Origin: Raillietiella orientalis
Lineage: Eukaryota
Assembly (NCBI GenBank): GCA_036172245.1
Contig: JAYWIR010000029.1
Coordinates: forward strand, 2,728,001 to 2,792,000
Direction of reading: 5' to 3'
DNA: 64,000 nt
Shown: positions 27,667 through 40,029 of the stretch, in pieces
Numbering within the stretch: the first letter of the stretch is position 1
Layout: the number at the start of each line of letters is the position of its first letter
Notes under the pieces: model-generated
Seen by the model: only the letters and a program-made list of their open reading frames with translations
Database searches by the model: none
Told to the model about the DNA's origin: nothing
Program-made: the position numbers and the translations under genes

Positions 27667-28083
27667 GCAGGGAATCAAGTCACACCGGGCCCCACCCCGC
27701 CCACCCTCCCTTCCGGACGCCGGCTGCCTCCGAGCTCGCCTATATGCTGCTGCACGCCCTCCCTGGGCGACCTGCTCTCCGCACCAGACTGGATCCGACT
27801 GGAGCGCTCCCCCCATGCGAAAGGGGAGGAGCCTCGCCTGCTCCCCTTCGTCCCCCTGCTCCCTCGCCATCCAGAAGACCCCCTTCGGCAGGTGGAGGAG
27901 GAGAGAGCACGAAGGCAAGGAATTCCGAGATCCACGGGCTGAACGTGTGACTCTCAGCGCGCCATAAGTGACCCCGACCCTACCAGCATCGCGCCACTCC
28001 TGCTCCCAGCGCGCATCGGTCGAGGAGTGGACGTGAGGGGCAGGAGGAAGACGTGCCGGTCTCGAACGTCGCGCACTCTTGCA

Positions 28084-28153
28084 GAGAAAGAAAGGAGGAG
28101 GAGGAGGAGAAGAAGAAAAAAAAAAAAAGAGAGAGAGAGAGAGAGAAAAGGAA
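28084..28153. repeat. Compound polypurine microsatellite (GGA)n(GAA)n(A)n(GA)n
   Basis: About 70 nt with only purines on the + strand. Confidence 0.9.
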
Positions 28154-31100
28154 ACTGGGATGCTGCGGCCGCGCGTCTCGCGTCCGGGCGCTCTCTCGGG
28201 TTCGGAGCTTCCTGGTCGGTGCCTGCCACGTCCCGGAGATCCGCTTTCACTTTTCGTCGCCGCCGCCTCTTCCATGCGAGAGACGCGAGCGGGGCGGGCG
28301 GGTCCAGCCGCGTTCCCTTCGCATTCTTCGATGAGGTTTTCTGGGTCAGTCGACCGACCGCCAGCTGTTGCGGAGCCTCCTCCCCCTCCTTGTCCTCTCG
28401 TCTCGCAAGCGACGGCGGCGGGAGCGAGAGCGCGCAGGAGGAGGAAGCGGAAGAGGCCGACGGGCGCGAGGGGCACTGGATCTCCGCCAGCATCCACCAG
28501 GGCGCTCTGGAATGGTTCCTTTCTTCCTCCCCCCCACCTTTGCTCCTCCTCCGCGCGAGAGGACTAGTCCCCCTGCAGCTGCTGCTGCTGCTGCTCTTGA
28601 CCCAGAAGGCCACGGCGGAACAGACAACGGCAGGATGGGGAAGCTGCGAACGAACCCGGGCGGCGCAGCTCGACTCGGGACGAGGAAAGATTCCACGCCC
28701 GTCAGCGGCATGGGAGTAGGGAGGGAAGGACGTCAAGGGAGCGCCTTGCCACCCCTCTCTCACCCCCTCCGCCTCTTCCACAGAGTGTGGAGTGTAAGGG
28801 ACCCCCCGCGCCCTCGTTTGAAAGGAGCACCTGGGGATGCTCCGCCCGTTCCCGGAGGAGCCTTTGCGAAAGCCCAGGAAGGAGATGGATCCCTCTCGAC
28901 GTCCTCTGCAGCTCCGGGAAGTCTCCGAAGGAGGAGGTGCTCTTCGTCGGCTGACTACGGTGCCGAAGAGGGGCAACCGCCGTCGTGCTCTCAAGCCTGC
29001 CCCTTCCCCTTTCCTTGCCGCGACTGCTCTCCAAGCCGACGGCAGGAGGGTCGAGAAGGCGCCCCCCTTCAAAAAGGGAGCAGCGGAGCTCGCAGGAAGG
29101 TAGCGCGAAGCTTTGTGGGACGACCTCCCGAGCCTTCGTCTCCATGCTGCATGACTGCACCCTGGGCAGGACCGGACTGAGGCGCTCACCCCGTGCGAAG
29201 GGGGGGGGGAAGAGTCCCCCTTCCTCGTAACCCCCTCCTCTCTGCTCCCTTGCCCGCGTCACCTGGCGTACTCCTTCGACAGGAGGAGGGAGAGCTCGAG
29301 GCACGAAACCACGGGATCCACGAGCCGAACTCACCCTCCCGGGCTTCCTTGTCCTCCCCTGTGACATCCTTCGGACTTCTCGGTCCTCAGAGGGAGTCCC
29401 GGAGACATCTGTCGCGGCTCCGGCAGCTGCCTCTCTCTCCCAGGCAGCCCAAGTAGTCAGTGCGCCCGCCTGCTCTTCGTCGCCCCAGGCGTGTTCCTGC
29501 CCACCCAGCCGCCTCGACCTGCTGCACACACCAACTACCGGAGAGAAGCCATGGACGAGAAGAGGATGCCCGGAGACAGGCAGGAGTGCTCTCGCGGGGT
29601 GCTCCAGCCCAGGGCCGGCGCGCGCGAGGCGCGTTCCCGAAACGCGGAGGAAGGCGCTCCGGAAGGCGGGGAACAGAACGGCGGCGGGACGCCCTCTTAG
29701 GGAGACTCCCAGATCTCCGCGCCGTTCCCGCTCGTGAGTTCCGGAGCGGAGAGAGGTCACGGCGGCGAAGTAGACCCTCCTTCACGAGCCGACGCGCACC
29801 AGCGACGGCGTGCGCAGCCAGCCGCTCGTTAACACCTTGCCACCTCCTTAGCCCCGTCCCCCGCTTCTCGCGCTCCTCCCCTGCCCTTCTTCACCCCACG
29901 GAACCGGGAAGAGCTTCGCCACGAAAAAAGGAAAACGAGGAAACAATCTGTAAGCGAAACGGGAAGTGTCGGAAAAGGGAAATAAAGGAGCCCGAGTGGG
30001 ATGACGCAGACAGACGGTGGGGTCGCCTGAGGCTGGCCAGGCAGCTACGAGATGGCAGCACGTCCGATCCGAGAACAAGTCCGAGGCACGTGATTTCCGT
30101 TGCGAAGCGGGAAAATCCCGCGGACGTAGCGCACACTCGGAGCAGCGTCGGAGGGAAGGAAACAAAGTGAGGAGGAGGGAGGGGGAAGCGCAAGAAGTGG
30201 GTGAGATGCCGTCGTATCAAGCTTCTGGAACGACCTCAGAAGTTCCGACCCACTCCCATTTCTCTGCTTGAAAAAAAAAAAAGAAAAGAAAAAAGGGGGG
30301 GGGGGGACGTAGACAACGTAAATCCTTCGGAACCCTTCATGGAGTGTTGGAACTCCAACGTTCCCGTTAAATGCTTCCTTGTTTTTCTTGGGTCCAAACG
30401 GAAACCCAACGGAGAAATGGGAGGTTCCCAGTAGTGAACATCAAAGGTGTCAGAAAGAACAGGATTCGACGGACAAAATCCGATTTTTTAAGCAAAATGT
30501 GGATAATCAGATTGCAGAAGGCGCGGATCGTTTTGCGAAGAAAAGATGTTTGCAGAGAAAGGCAAAAAGGGTTTTGCCTTAGTACTCTTAGCATTTCGAT
30601 TTAGGCGCTTGTTTATCACACTGATAAATCTTACTGATAACTTCTCCAGAACATCGAGCGTTCTCGTTCAGATGGCTGTCGTTTGCTTCAAGGATTGGGG
30701 CTTTGCGGTGGGATCGGACGCAAAGAGACCGAAATCTCATACTGCATACATATATGCATGGACACAGTTTGCATAGTATTGTGAGTTTCTGCGGAAGGGC
30801 CAGCACCAGATCAGAAAGGGATTATTTATTTGACAAAGGGACCCTTTGTCTAATTAATAATTCTGAGCCATTTTAAAAAAAGGAACCGAAAACGCACCAA
30901 AGGGTAAAATCCTTTAAACTGGAACTCGGAGATAAAGTATTTCTGTCTCTCTGAGAGGTACGAAAAGTTGGCAAAATATAGAATGCACAAAAGTTTCTGC
31001 ATAAATGAAATGATGGCAAGAACGTTTTTGAAAGCGGACACGGATTCGAACAAGCAAGGAACGCTCAGGGAAACTTGATTTCACACCATAATACCTTCGG

Positions 31101-33724
31101 TTTCCGTTGATTGCTGACTGTCAGTGTAGAGGACACCTGCTGATGTAGTGTCATGGCCTCTTAATGAATGACAGAAAAAAGATGAGCTCAGTGAGAATTG
31201 TTAAATGTAAATGCAATTGACGAACTGAAAACTCAAAGCCTTCGAACATCCAAAAGGGGAGTCTAGTAAGAACAAAGGATCCAATCAAGATCTTTAGGAA
31301 ACCTCTTCTCATTTAGGAACAAAAGTTTCCAAGCTTATCTCTAAGTGAGGTTATCTTCAGCTACTCTTATGTGTAAGTTCTAGATGCTTATCACAGGTCG
31401 AATTTGGCAGTAATGGATGTATAAGTTGATATGCATTAGAAGCCTGTGAGTTATCTGTTGAAAGCATCAAAGAGTCTACCAGAAAACGCAAACTGACGAC
31501 AGATGCAATTAGACGTGAGCAACAGAAGCTGACAACAACACAAAAGGAAGGAAGCAAGATTTCAAACTTAAGCGTCTTCCTGGCTGCTATCAGACACATT
31601 TGCTTGATGGAAACAATTGAATACATCATTTCTCGACTAAACAACATTTTTTTTTTAATGAAGTATCAAACTTTATATGCATTACATCCTCATTGGAAGA
31701 CGAGTTATACATCAAAACACACAAAATCCCTTCTTCATTCGAACTCCCCACAAGTCTACAAGCCGGCGTGTACAAAATTGTGGCCATAGATATGAAAAGA
31801 CAACCTGCAGCTGGCTTGAATGCTGTAACAACGGCTTGCCATGAACAAAATGTGAGCACTAACAAAAAAGATACCAGTGGTTGCGTTCCTCGTAATCTGA
31901 ATGACCAACAGACCTTATAAAAAAAGGGAAAAGAAACAGGAAGGAGGTTGGTTTCATCTTTGAGGTGAAATACACAAGCCCTATTTGAGAAGCACTTTAG
32001 AAACTTGCATACTTGATTTCCACTGGTCACTCATAAAGTCTTTAACCATTGTAGTAATGACCTTGCTTTATGACATGAGGAGACAAAACAAATAAGTGCT
32101 CAATGTAAGCACTCGTAAAAGAGTCTAAGAATACATACATGGCTTTACTTTCACATTCCCACATAAGTGTACACTATGAAAACGTTGAATGAGAATTAGC
32201 ATCAGTAAGCTTTTGCTTCACTTCCCCGTCAGAAAGCTTTATCACTCATTCATATAAATCCAAAATTCTAAAAATTGCGATAAAAAAAAAAGAAGTAAAA
32301 CAGTTGAATTTTTCAACGACAAATAAACAGTAAATCAAATAAAAAGTCGAACAGGAATCATAATCGACTGAAGAGTTCTGTTCCTAATTGGACCAAATCA
32401 AAGTGGACTGTGTTCTTCTGACTACAGCTGTAACTAAACGCAAACCACATTGTCCGTTTTGGATTCCTGACTATCGATTCGAAGTGATACATTTGAATTT
32501 GGATTTCTTGATCTGGCCATTCCTTAAAACTTCTTTCAACTAATTGTAAATGAAGATTCTTGATACTGTCGTGCTTACATTAAGATAGTTTTTCTTCTTT
32601 CAAAATTAGAAAAGCAGTGAAATGAGTTCGGTTTGTTTCTTCTCTTTCCTAACGCTTCCTCTGGTTCATATTTTCCTTTGCCTGTTCAGAATTTCAGGAA
32701 CTTTTCTCGTAGTATGTTTAATTCACAGAATGCTCAATGATTGTTCAAGTTCTGGGATGCAAACATGCTCTTGTATTGATCCTTTTCAAATAAAGCAGTC
32801 CATTGAATACCTCACTCAGAGGCCATTAAAAATGGGCTATAGAGTAAGAAATGCTCCTTTTGCAGAATTAACATGATTAGAGTAACAAGGAAGATTCCCG
32901 ATATCGGAAAGAAATTGAAATGAATTAAAACGTGGGAATCAATCAGATGGAATAAAATATCTCTTGTATTGTTTGTTCTGTTGTCCACTTAGGTTGAGGC
33001 TATGACAAAAATATTCTCATATATCCTCAAAGAAGTTGAAATGATATTAAAGTTCATTCGCTTGCATTGCTTTTTGATGGACTTTCTACTAATTTGAGTT
33101 ATTTCATGGAATTTTAAATGTTGTGCTATACAAATTGATTGCATTAATTTTCTAACCAATTCTGTTCAGTGCTATAAAAAAAATGCAAATTTACAACCAG
33201 CCTATCAAAAAACAAAAGATAAAAAGCATTTCTATACACAGAAACTTTTTTCAATAAAATTGAAATGAAATTAGAATTTGAAATAGTATTTTTTGCATCG
33301 CAACATTACCTTAAAGAACTTTAGAGTTGTGTTTACAATTAAATTGTAATTGGCCTTAAATGTTTTGAATTATTTTTTTTTTCACCTTTGATACTCAATG
33401 CTTTTCGAAAATGCTGTGATAAAGAAGGAAAGGTATCTGGAAAAATCCTTTACATTCTGCGGGTTTTTCTCTTTTTTTTTCTTGTGCTTTCTGGAATGAT
33501 AGTTTCTTTAATTTCATGTAACTTTCAGAAAACGTCTATTGTGTGTCGATGCTTACGTGTTTATACAACTGGCAATACTTATTTGGAAAATACACTTTGA
33601 AAGCATGCCTAACCTCATGTAAAGCATGTTCACGTGTTTTATTTTAAATAATAAATGTATACTGTAAATTATAGCTGGTGAGTGCATTTTGCAACATTCT
33701 AGCTGCTGCTTACTTGTTTACATA

Positions 33725-35185
33725 ATGATACAAGATAACATAGGAAAACTCCAAGAAGAAGCCCAAAAGAGGAAGGATAGGTTGAAAACCCTTGCACAAA
33801 AAGTCACCGGTAGTGATAAAGAAAAACTTGAAATCGGCCAAAATGAAAGCACAGGATTGTCCAAGTGTGTATCTTTTAGTGTATTTTTTTTTCTTCTCTT
33901 TTCCGATACTAGCATGGTAAACAGTTTGAAAGAGTGATCGATTTTTCGAGATTTTCAGTCATAGTAAGGGAACTTGTGATTTGTTTTCGTAATTAATACT
34001 GGTATATAAAATTCGCTAATGGTTGTTCAAAGCATAAGAATCGGTAGCTTGCACGGGTTTTTATTTATTGTAATCCTTAAATTTCATTTTTAATCGATGC
34101 ATTTTTAAGACAGAATTTTAAGGCTTTTAGCCTTCAAGCACATGTTGATGTAGTTCAACCAGATTAAATTATAATAAGGTGATCAGTATTCAGTAATTGA
34201 TAGATGTGAATCAGTTTTAAATTTGCGTACATATTGAAAAATAATGGTGATGCCAATAATAAAATGTGCCTGTGCAGCATAGTCATGGGATTAGAAGAAA
34301 GTATCATTTGCAGCTTATTTGGCAGACCGAGAATTAAGTATAATAGAATCCGATTCTATGTACTAATTCAACGTTGGGTGTAATTAAACTTTCGAGTTGT
34401 TGTGTCATCAGATCAGATGATCAGTATCCATCATTTAACACATTCCTGTAATGATGACTGGAGGAAGGGCGGGAGGGTAATGAAATCATAAAGCAGGAAA
34501 ATCTTCCATTTAATTCTATTTAATCTCATTGAAAAATAGTCCATATAAGAAATCAGTTATAATATATGATTTCTTTTTAATGTTGAAATACGAAATTAAA
34601 TTTTAATTTCGTAGTTTTTGTATATCCAAGTGGTGGGGTTATTATTGTTATTATAAAAGGCTGGTCAGTTATCTATTTATGATTCTTTGAAAAATGCGCA
34701 ACAATTCTAATATGATCATTTGTGGTTTGTACTGGGAGCAACTTAAGCAATATGCATTCTAAAATTCATTTAATTTTTGTTTGTTTGCAGACCACAATTC
34801 CGCAGTTATCAACCCCAAGATGCAAATTTGCAAGAAGGCATGTTACCAAAATCACAGCCTGGTGATGTTACTTTGTGGATTCAAGATACATTGGAGTCTG
34901 TAAAGGAAGGACCTATTGTTCCTGATGACCTTGTAAGGTTTTGTATGTGTTTGGGTGTATTTGTGACTGAATTTTTTTTAGAATCTTAGCAGTCTTGCAC
35001 CTAGGAAACCAGATTGGGATTTGAAGCGAGATGTATGCAAAAAGCTAGAGCGATTGGAAAGGCGAACACAAAGAGCTATTGCTGAACTCATTAGAGAAAA
35101 GTTACAAAATGGGAAAGAAAACTTGGAGATTGTTGTAGAAGTTGGTTCAGAAGCTAATGCCTTAGCTGCTGATGATGATGATTGA
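33725..35185 (+). CDS. CCDC12: Coiled-coil domain-containing protein 12 (Cwf18 family spliceosome factor). Exons: 33725-33864, 34791-34932, 34982-35185
   Basis: Spliced translation MIQDNIGKLQEEAQKRKDRLK...KPQFRSYQPQD...NLSSLAPRKPDWDLKRDVCKKLERLERRTQRAIAELIREKL contains the Cwf18/CCDC12 signature. Introns are 926 and 49 nt with compatible phases. Stop TGA at 35183-35185. Confidence 0.95.
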
Positions 35186-36479
35186 AGATTGAACAGTCAT
35201 CTGTTTCATGAGTTCTCAGTACTACTATGTAAAACTTGTATGTAGTCTCTACACAGGTGAAGCTATTTTATGATTAATACAAAAAATTATCCAGCAGATA
35301 TATCTCCAAGAAGCGAAAATATAAGCTTTATTTCACAATATACTCATTGCTCATTTTGCTTCTTAACTTTGTTCTATCATTGCACATCCTGCATGAATTT
35401 GAAACATAACATCACACAGTATCTGCAATCTGATCATGTGACATGTGATTAGAGGGAGGAAGTCATTTCTATACCGATGTGCAAGCTTTTCATTTTGCAC
35501 TTCTAAATTCTGATTGGAAATAGTCCCTGAGTTCAAATATGCTGCTTTCAAGTACTGCATTTATTGTCAACAGTAAAATTGGATTTTCTTGAGAACATTT
35601 TTACTTATAAAATCATATCTGTATGAATTATTGACATTTTTCTCAATGCTAAGTTTGTCTGGAGTTCAATTTCTTAAATGTTGATATTACTGTTACATAC
35701 ATCACTTTAACAAAAGTTTCTCCAATAATCGCATTGGTGCATGTAATTTTTGTGCATGTACACCTGGAATAATCTGAATGTGCCCAGCATCATTTTTTTG
35801 TGATTACATATACTTTTCATGCGGAAAAAAATAAGGCAGACCTGCTTTTCCACTTCCAAAACTATCAAATACCTTGAGTTTGTATTAAGTGCAATCAAAG
35901 ATATTCAGTAGAATCCCAACAATGAAGATGATTAGAATACAAAGCAGAGGAATGATGTACATTTATTTCAAATATGCATCTATAGAACTCAATTGCCAAA
36001 ATAATATAAAAATTTAAGTATATAGAAACACTCAGTTTGTAAAGCAATGCAAGGAAGACAAGAAAGACATAAATTTCAACGTAAGAAAAATTTTCAGTTA
36101 TTCGAAGTGAAAATGAGCCAAAAGAGTGAGCATTTCAGTTGGTTCGTTCCTATAAAATCTTGCACACCAGTTCATGAACAAAGCTGAATACAACCCATAG
36201 ATGCAAATTAAGGAGCCTTATTTACGAAAGTATTCCATTTGACAGACATATTGGTGGTTTTGTCCATTGTACGATTTACGAATTTGGGTTACTCAAAGAC
36301 TAGGATAAGTGATCAATGCAAGTTCAAGTTTGAACACGAAAGAAGGGAAAGAATTAATCAAAATCAAATTTTCCCGAGAACATTGCACATTATAGAAGCA
36401 GATCACCCTCCATCTGTTTCAACAACAGACATTTTAGAAGGATTCTCAAAACCTACCATTCTGTTTTTTTTTATTTGAC

Positions 36480-37590
36480 CTCACGTATGCCGGCACGTTG
36501 TTTCCAATTGATGTCTTGAAGGGCAGCAGTACCGAAGAAGCAGCTCGAAGAGTGCGATGAGTGGGCTGCTAGGCAGAGCAGGGCAATGGTTAACCATCGC
36601 CCCTACGTGGAGGAGAAAACAGCGGCTGGTGAGAAAACAGCAACCGAGGATCCTACCGAGGGGTCAGGAACTCTGGCAGGAGAAATCCATCCCGGTGATT
36701 CAGTGGATGCTCCCAGTGCCTCGCGACACGAGGAGCGGGAGGGATCTATCAGCGGCCCAGGGGTTACCTTGCGTTGAATTCAAGAATGGTGGCGAGGAGG
36801 ATACCTTTACCCCTCTAGAGTACTCCGATACATCGAGATTCACCCACAGGGCACGCGAAATGAGGAAAAACCACAACAACTTTGCGTGTTTCCAGGCGGG
36901 ACAAGCAGAAGCTCCGCAGAATAATAAGAGAAGACGACAAAGACACCAGTGCCCTCCAGGAAGCCGCCGACCGCTACGGGAGCGACAAGATCGGAACGAC
37001 GCTCTGGAGGACTGACTTACCGCCAGACTCCCAGGATAACCTCCTGATGTTTTTGCACGGAGGATTCCTGGGTGGGTCTAGAAGGAAGCACTTCACGGGA
37101 AGAAGAGACGACGAGGACTGCAAAGCATGTGGCGGCATCGATACGAGACTTCACGTCTTGACATGTCCCACATGTCACCACGACTAGCAAGCCCTGAAAA
37201 GGGTTACAGGACTGCCCATCACATCAAAGATGGGAATCTTAGCGGGGACGCTCCAAGGAAATGGGAATGTTCCCTGTTATAATCCCATCGCCCTCTTCAT
37301 CACAGCCGACCTTGTGCGATGGTGGAAGATGAAGACCGCCAGGATGGCCGTAACTCCAATGAAATCCTGAAAGGGCTTATCAGGAAGGAGATCGGTATGA
37401 GGAATTGCGGAAGAGTGACGGACTGGACCTACAGAGGATTGATGTCGACGAAAAGGCACAAACGAGGCCCAGTTCCCCTTTATTGAAGAACCTCAGTGAA
37501 ACCCAAAGGAGATGACTTCACAGTGACATTTGCAGTGTCATTCATCAATAGAGTGAGTGAAAATGCAGTGTGAATCTTAGGAAAAATAAA
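36480..37590 (+). mobile_element. 5'-truncated 3' end of a Tx1/L1-like LINE (same family as 40030-43725)
   Basis: C-terminal zinc-binding-like CKACGGIDTRLHVLTC. Visible nucleotide and protein similarity to 43060-43725 (e.g. WMLPVPRDTRS vs WLLPVPGDTRS). AATAAA near 37585. Confidence 0.7.
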
Positions 37591-37599
37591 TTTACTGCA

Positions 37600-39900
37600 T
37601 CCCTGCGGGATTGGGGAAAATCCAATGGGGTTGGAGTGAATGCTCTAATTGGGACTTTTTTCCAGGAAAGGTATTTCTTCCCTTGCCGGTGCGTTTTTAC
37701 ACAAATAAAGGAAAATAGCGCCGCTTTTCACAAGCATGACGAAATGTCTCACCAATAGCTGCGAGAACATCTTCACAATAGTAATGGCATATTGGAGTTG
37801 GCGTCAATATTTACCAAACACCTCGTTACGAAAGGGAGGGGAATGAAAATCACGACTCCCAAGTTGCTTAGCGACATTAGAAATATTGGTTTTCTATCTG
37901 GAGGCATAAATGCAGAGGAGCATTGGCGAGCAAAATCGAATGTTCGAATACCGTTGCAGCATGGGAAGACAAAACAAGAGTCCGCAGCATCCACGCAGGA
38001 CCGTGCCGTGAATGTTGAGGAAAGTTGGATGAGTACCGATGAGTGCGCGCGGAGGATGAAAATTGCGTTCTCTATCGAACAAATAACGAGGAAAGGAAGT
38101 TCCATTAGGAGACAGAATACGAATAAAACTCCGAGGGCTTGAGATTTCGGCCGAACCGGGAACTTAGAAAGAAAATTTCATTTTGAAGATGGATACGAAA
38201 AATACTTTGCCTTTTGTTCAACATACTTTGTTTTCCTTGGGATTATTCGAAAACACTACAGTGTTCTCGAGGTTGAAGTATTCTTTACTCCGATTCCTTA
38301 GAAAGCCTAGTAAGCAATGACGATTATTCCATTCGTAAAATCCATTCGTAAAAACCTCTGGTAGAAATTGCCATTTGTCGGGACTGACCGAGAATGAGGA
38401 ACATTTTTTGATCGACAATTTGTGCAATTAACTGATTGGGACCACATTTTGAACGAAGAGGGGGGACACTGTTAACGATATTCCAAAGTTTCCATGACGG
38501 TCCTTCAAGGAAAGATCCTTCAAGGGCATTATCTCGACAGAGCTCTTGATACAAGGAAATTGGGGAATCGGAATCAACCATCCAGGAGATTCCCGGTACA
38601 CTCGCTGATTGAAATCACAGGAATGAGAAAGCAAAAAAAATGGGTTGTTTAAAAAACGCGGCTAAAGTAAGGATAACACCCTAAAGCTCAACTTGAAGTG
38701 AAGGTCAATTCGAAGTGTAAATGCATTGAGGATGGACTTTGAGAACTTTCAGCACCCAAATTCGAAACTCTATCTTTTCTCTAGAATAGGGGCAACGAAG
38801 TCGCGGTGTTTCTTTGCGGAAACCGACTGATCAAAATGGCCCAAGAGGGATCACAAAGGATCTCTTGGGTTTCTTTACTCAAATGATATGCTTTCATTAC
38901 ATATGGAGGACGCGAAAGCTGCATCCACTTCATGTATTTGTCGTTTTTGTTAATTTCGCTAATCAAAACGACAGTCATGTCGTCCATGTGCTTTCGACCG
39001 TTTATTCCGCGGCTTTCCCCTCAGAACCTCCAATACACTCCCCGAGTCCTTTGAGAATTCATTGTATCCTAAATGAGAAAGAATATTTTCGCGGAACATT
39101 TGCTAATGCATATGATTCTAAATAATAAAAATTACCAATCAATGCTGCAACTGATGCAATGCTTTCTAAGCAAATGCGACTATACCTTATGGACAACGCG
39201 ACTGCTTTATTTACGAAAATAAAGCATTTGTACCCATAAGGATTCGAAAACCAAAATGTAAAAGAGAGTGCGACTGTGTTTGCGGTGATCACCATCCCGC
39301 GCAATTCACCACTCTTTCTGGGATAAAATCTTTAGTTCACGAATCGCCATTTCATTTGCATTCTTCTTATTCTTAGAAAATGGCTTTGCTTCCCTCTGAA
39401 TCACTTGGGCATCAAAAATTCAGACCCTGAAATTAGGAATGACCTCATCTCCCCATCTTCATCGACTCATCATGAACACTCAGAATCCTCTTTCTCACCT
39501 GAAAAAAAGCGACCTCAGTGTTCCCTATTTGCCATCTGCCTTCCTCAGCAGCTTATCTCTCCCATTTCAAGAGCAGTTTTCTCATCCCCGATTGCACCTT
39601 TTCCTCGATTTGACGACTTCATAATTTGCACTTGAGCTTTCCAGCTGTGATGGGATGAGCTTTGCCTTCAACTCATTAAGGACTACCATGACCCACCAAT
39701 CACATGCAAAAACATTCGTATTCCGCAGTAGACACAGTTAGGAATAAACGCTTTGCAATACGATTCTTTTCCAAAATTTCTATTCTCTTCTAATTGGACC
39801 TTTCTTTTCTCGGTGCTACCTCTTGTCTGTGCCACCATTCGCTCACCAGTTTTCGCAACCAAAAAGTCTCCTTCTCCTTCATCCTGCATTCACAAGTTCT
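37600..39900 (-). other. Decayed intronless ORF fragments of unknown origin
   Basis: Several protein-like minus-strand stretches broken by stops and frameshifts (e.g. 38781-38987, 38324-38581, 37773-38105). No family recognised. Confidence 0.25.
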
Positions 39901-40029
39901 GAATATTCCAACTCTTTTCACGAATGGTTGCCACCAAAAAACACTCTGCATTTCGCAAAGAAGAATTCACGAACCAAAGTCTCAGCGGCAACTAACTTCA
40001 TCATCATCAACTCGGTTGAAGTTGTAAGA

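Noticed and set aside
20000..30200. Many long overlapping ORFs (up to 411 aa) on both strands
   Set aside because: Low-complexity Arg/Pro/Gly/Ser translations, as expected from stop-poor GC-rich DNA. Only the protease exons have recognisable motifs.
32622..32636. ATGAGTTCG|GTTTGT as an upstream coding exon of CCDC12
   Set aside because: No phase-compatible acceptor found before 33725, and the existing ATG already gives a full-length protein.
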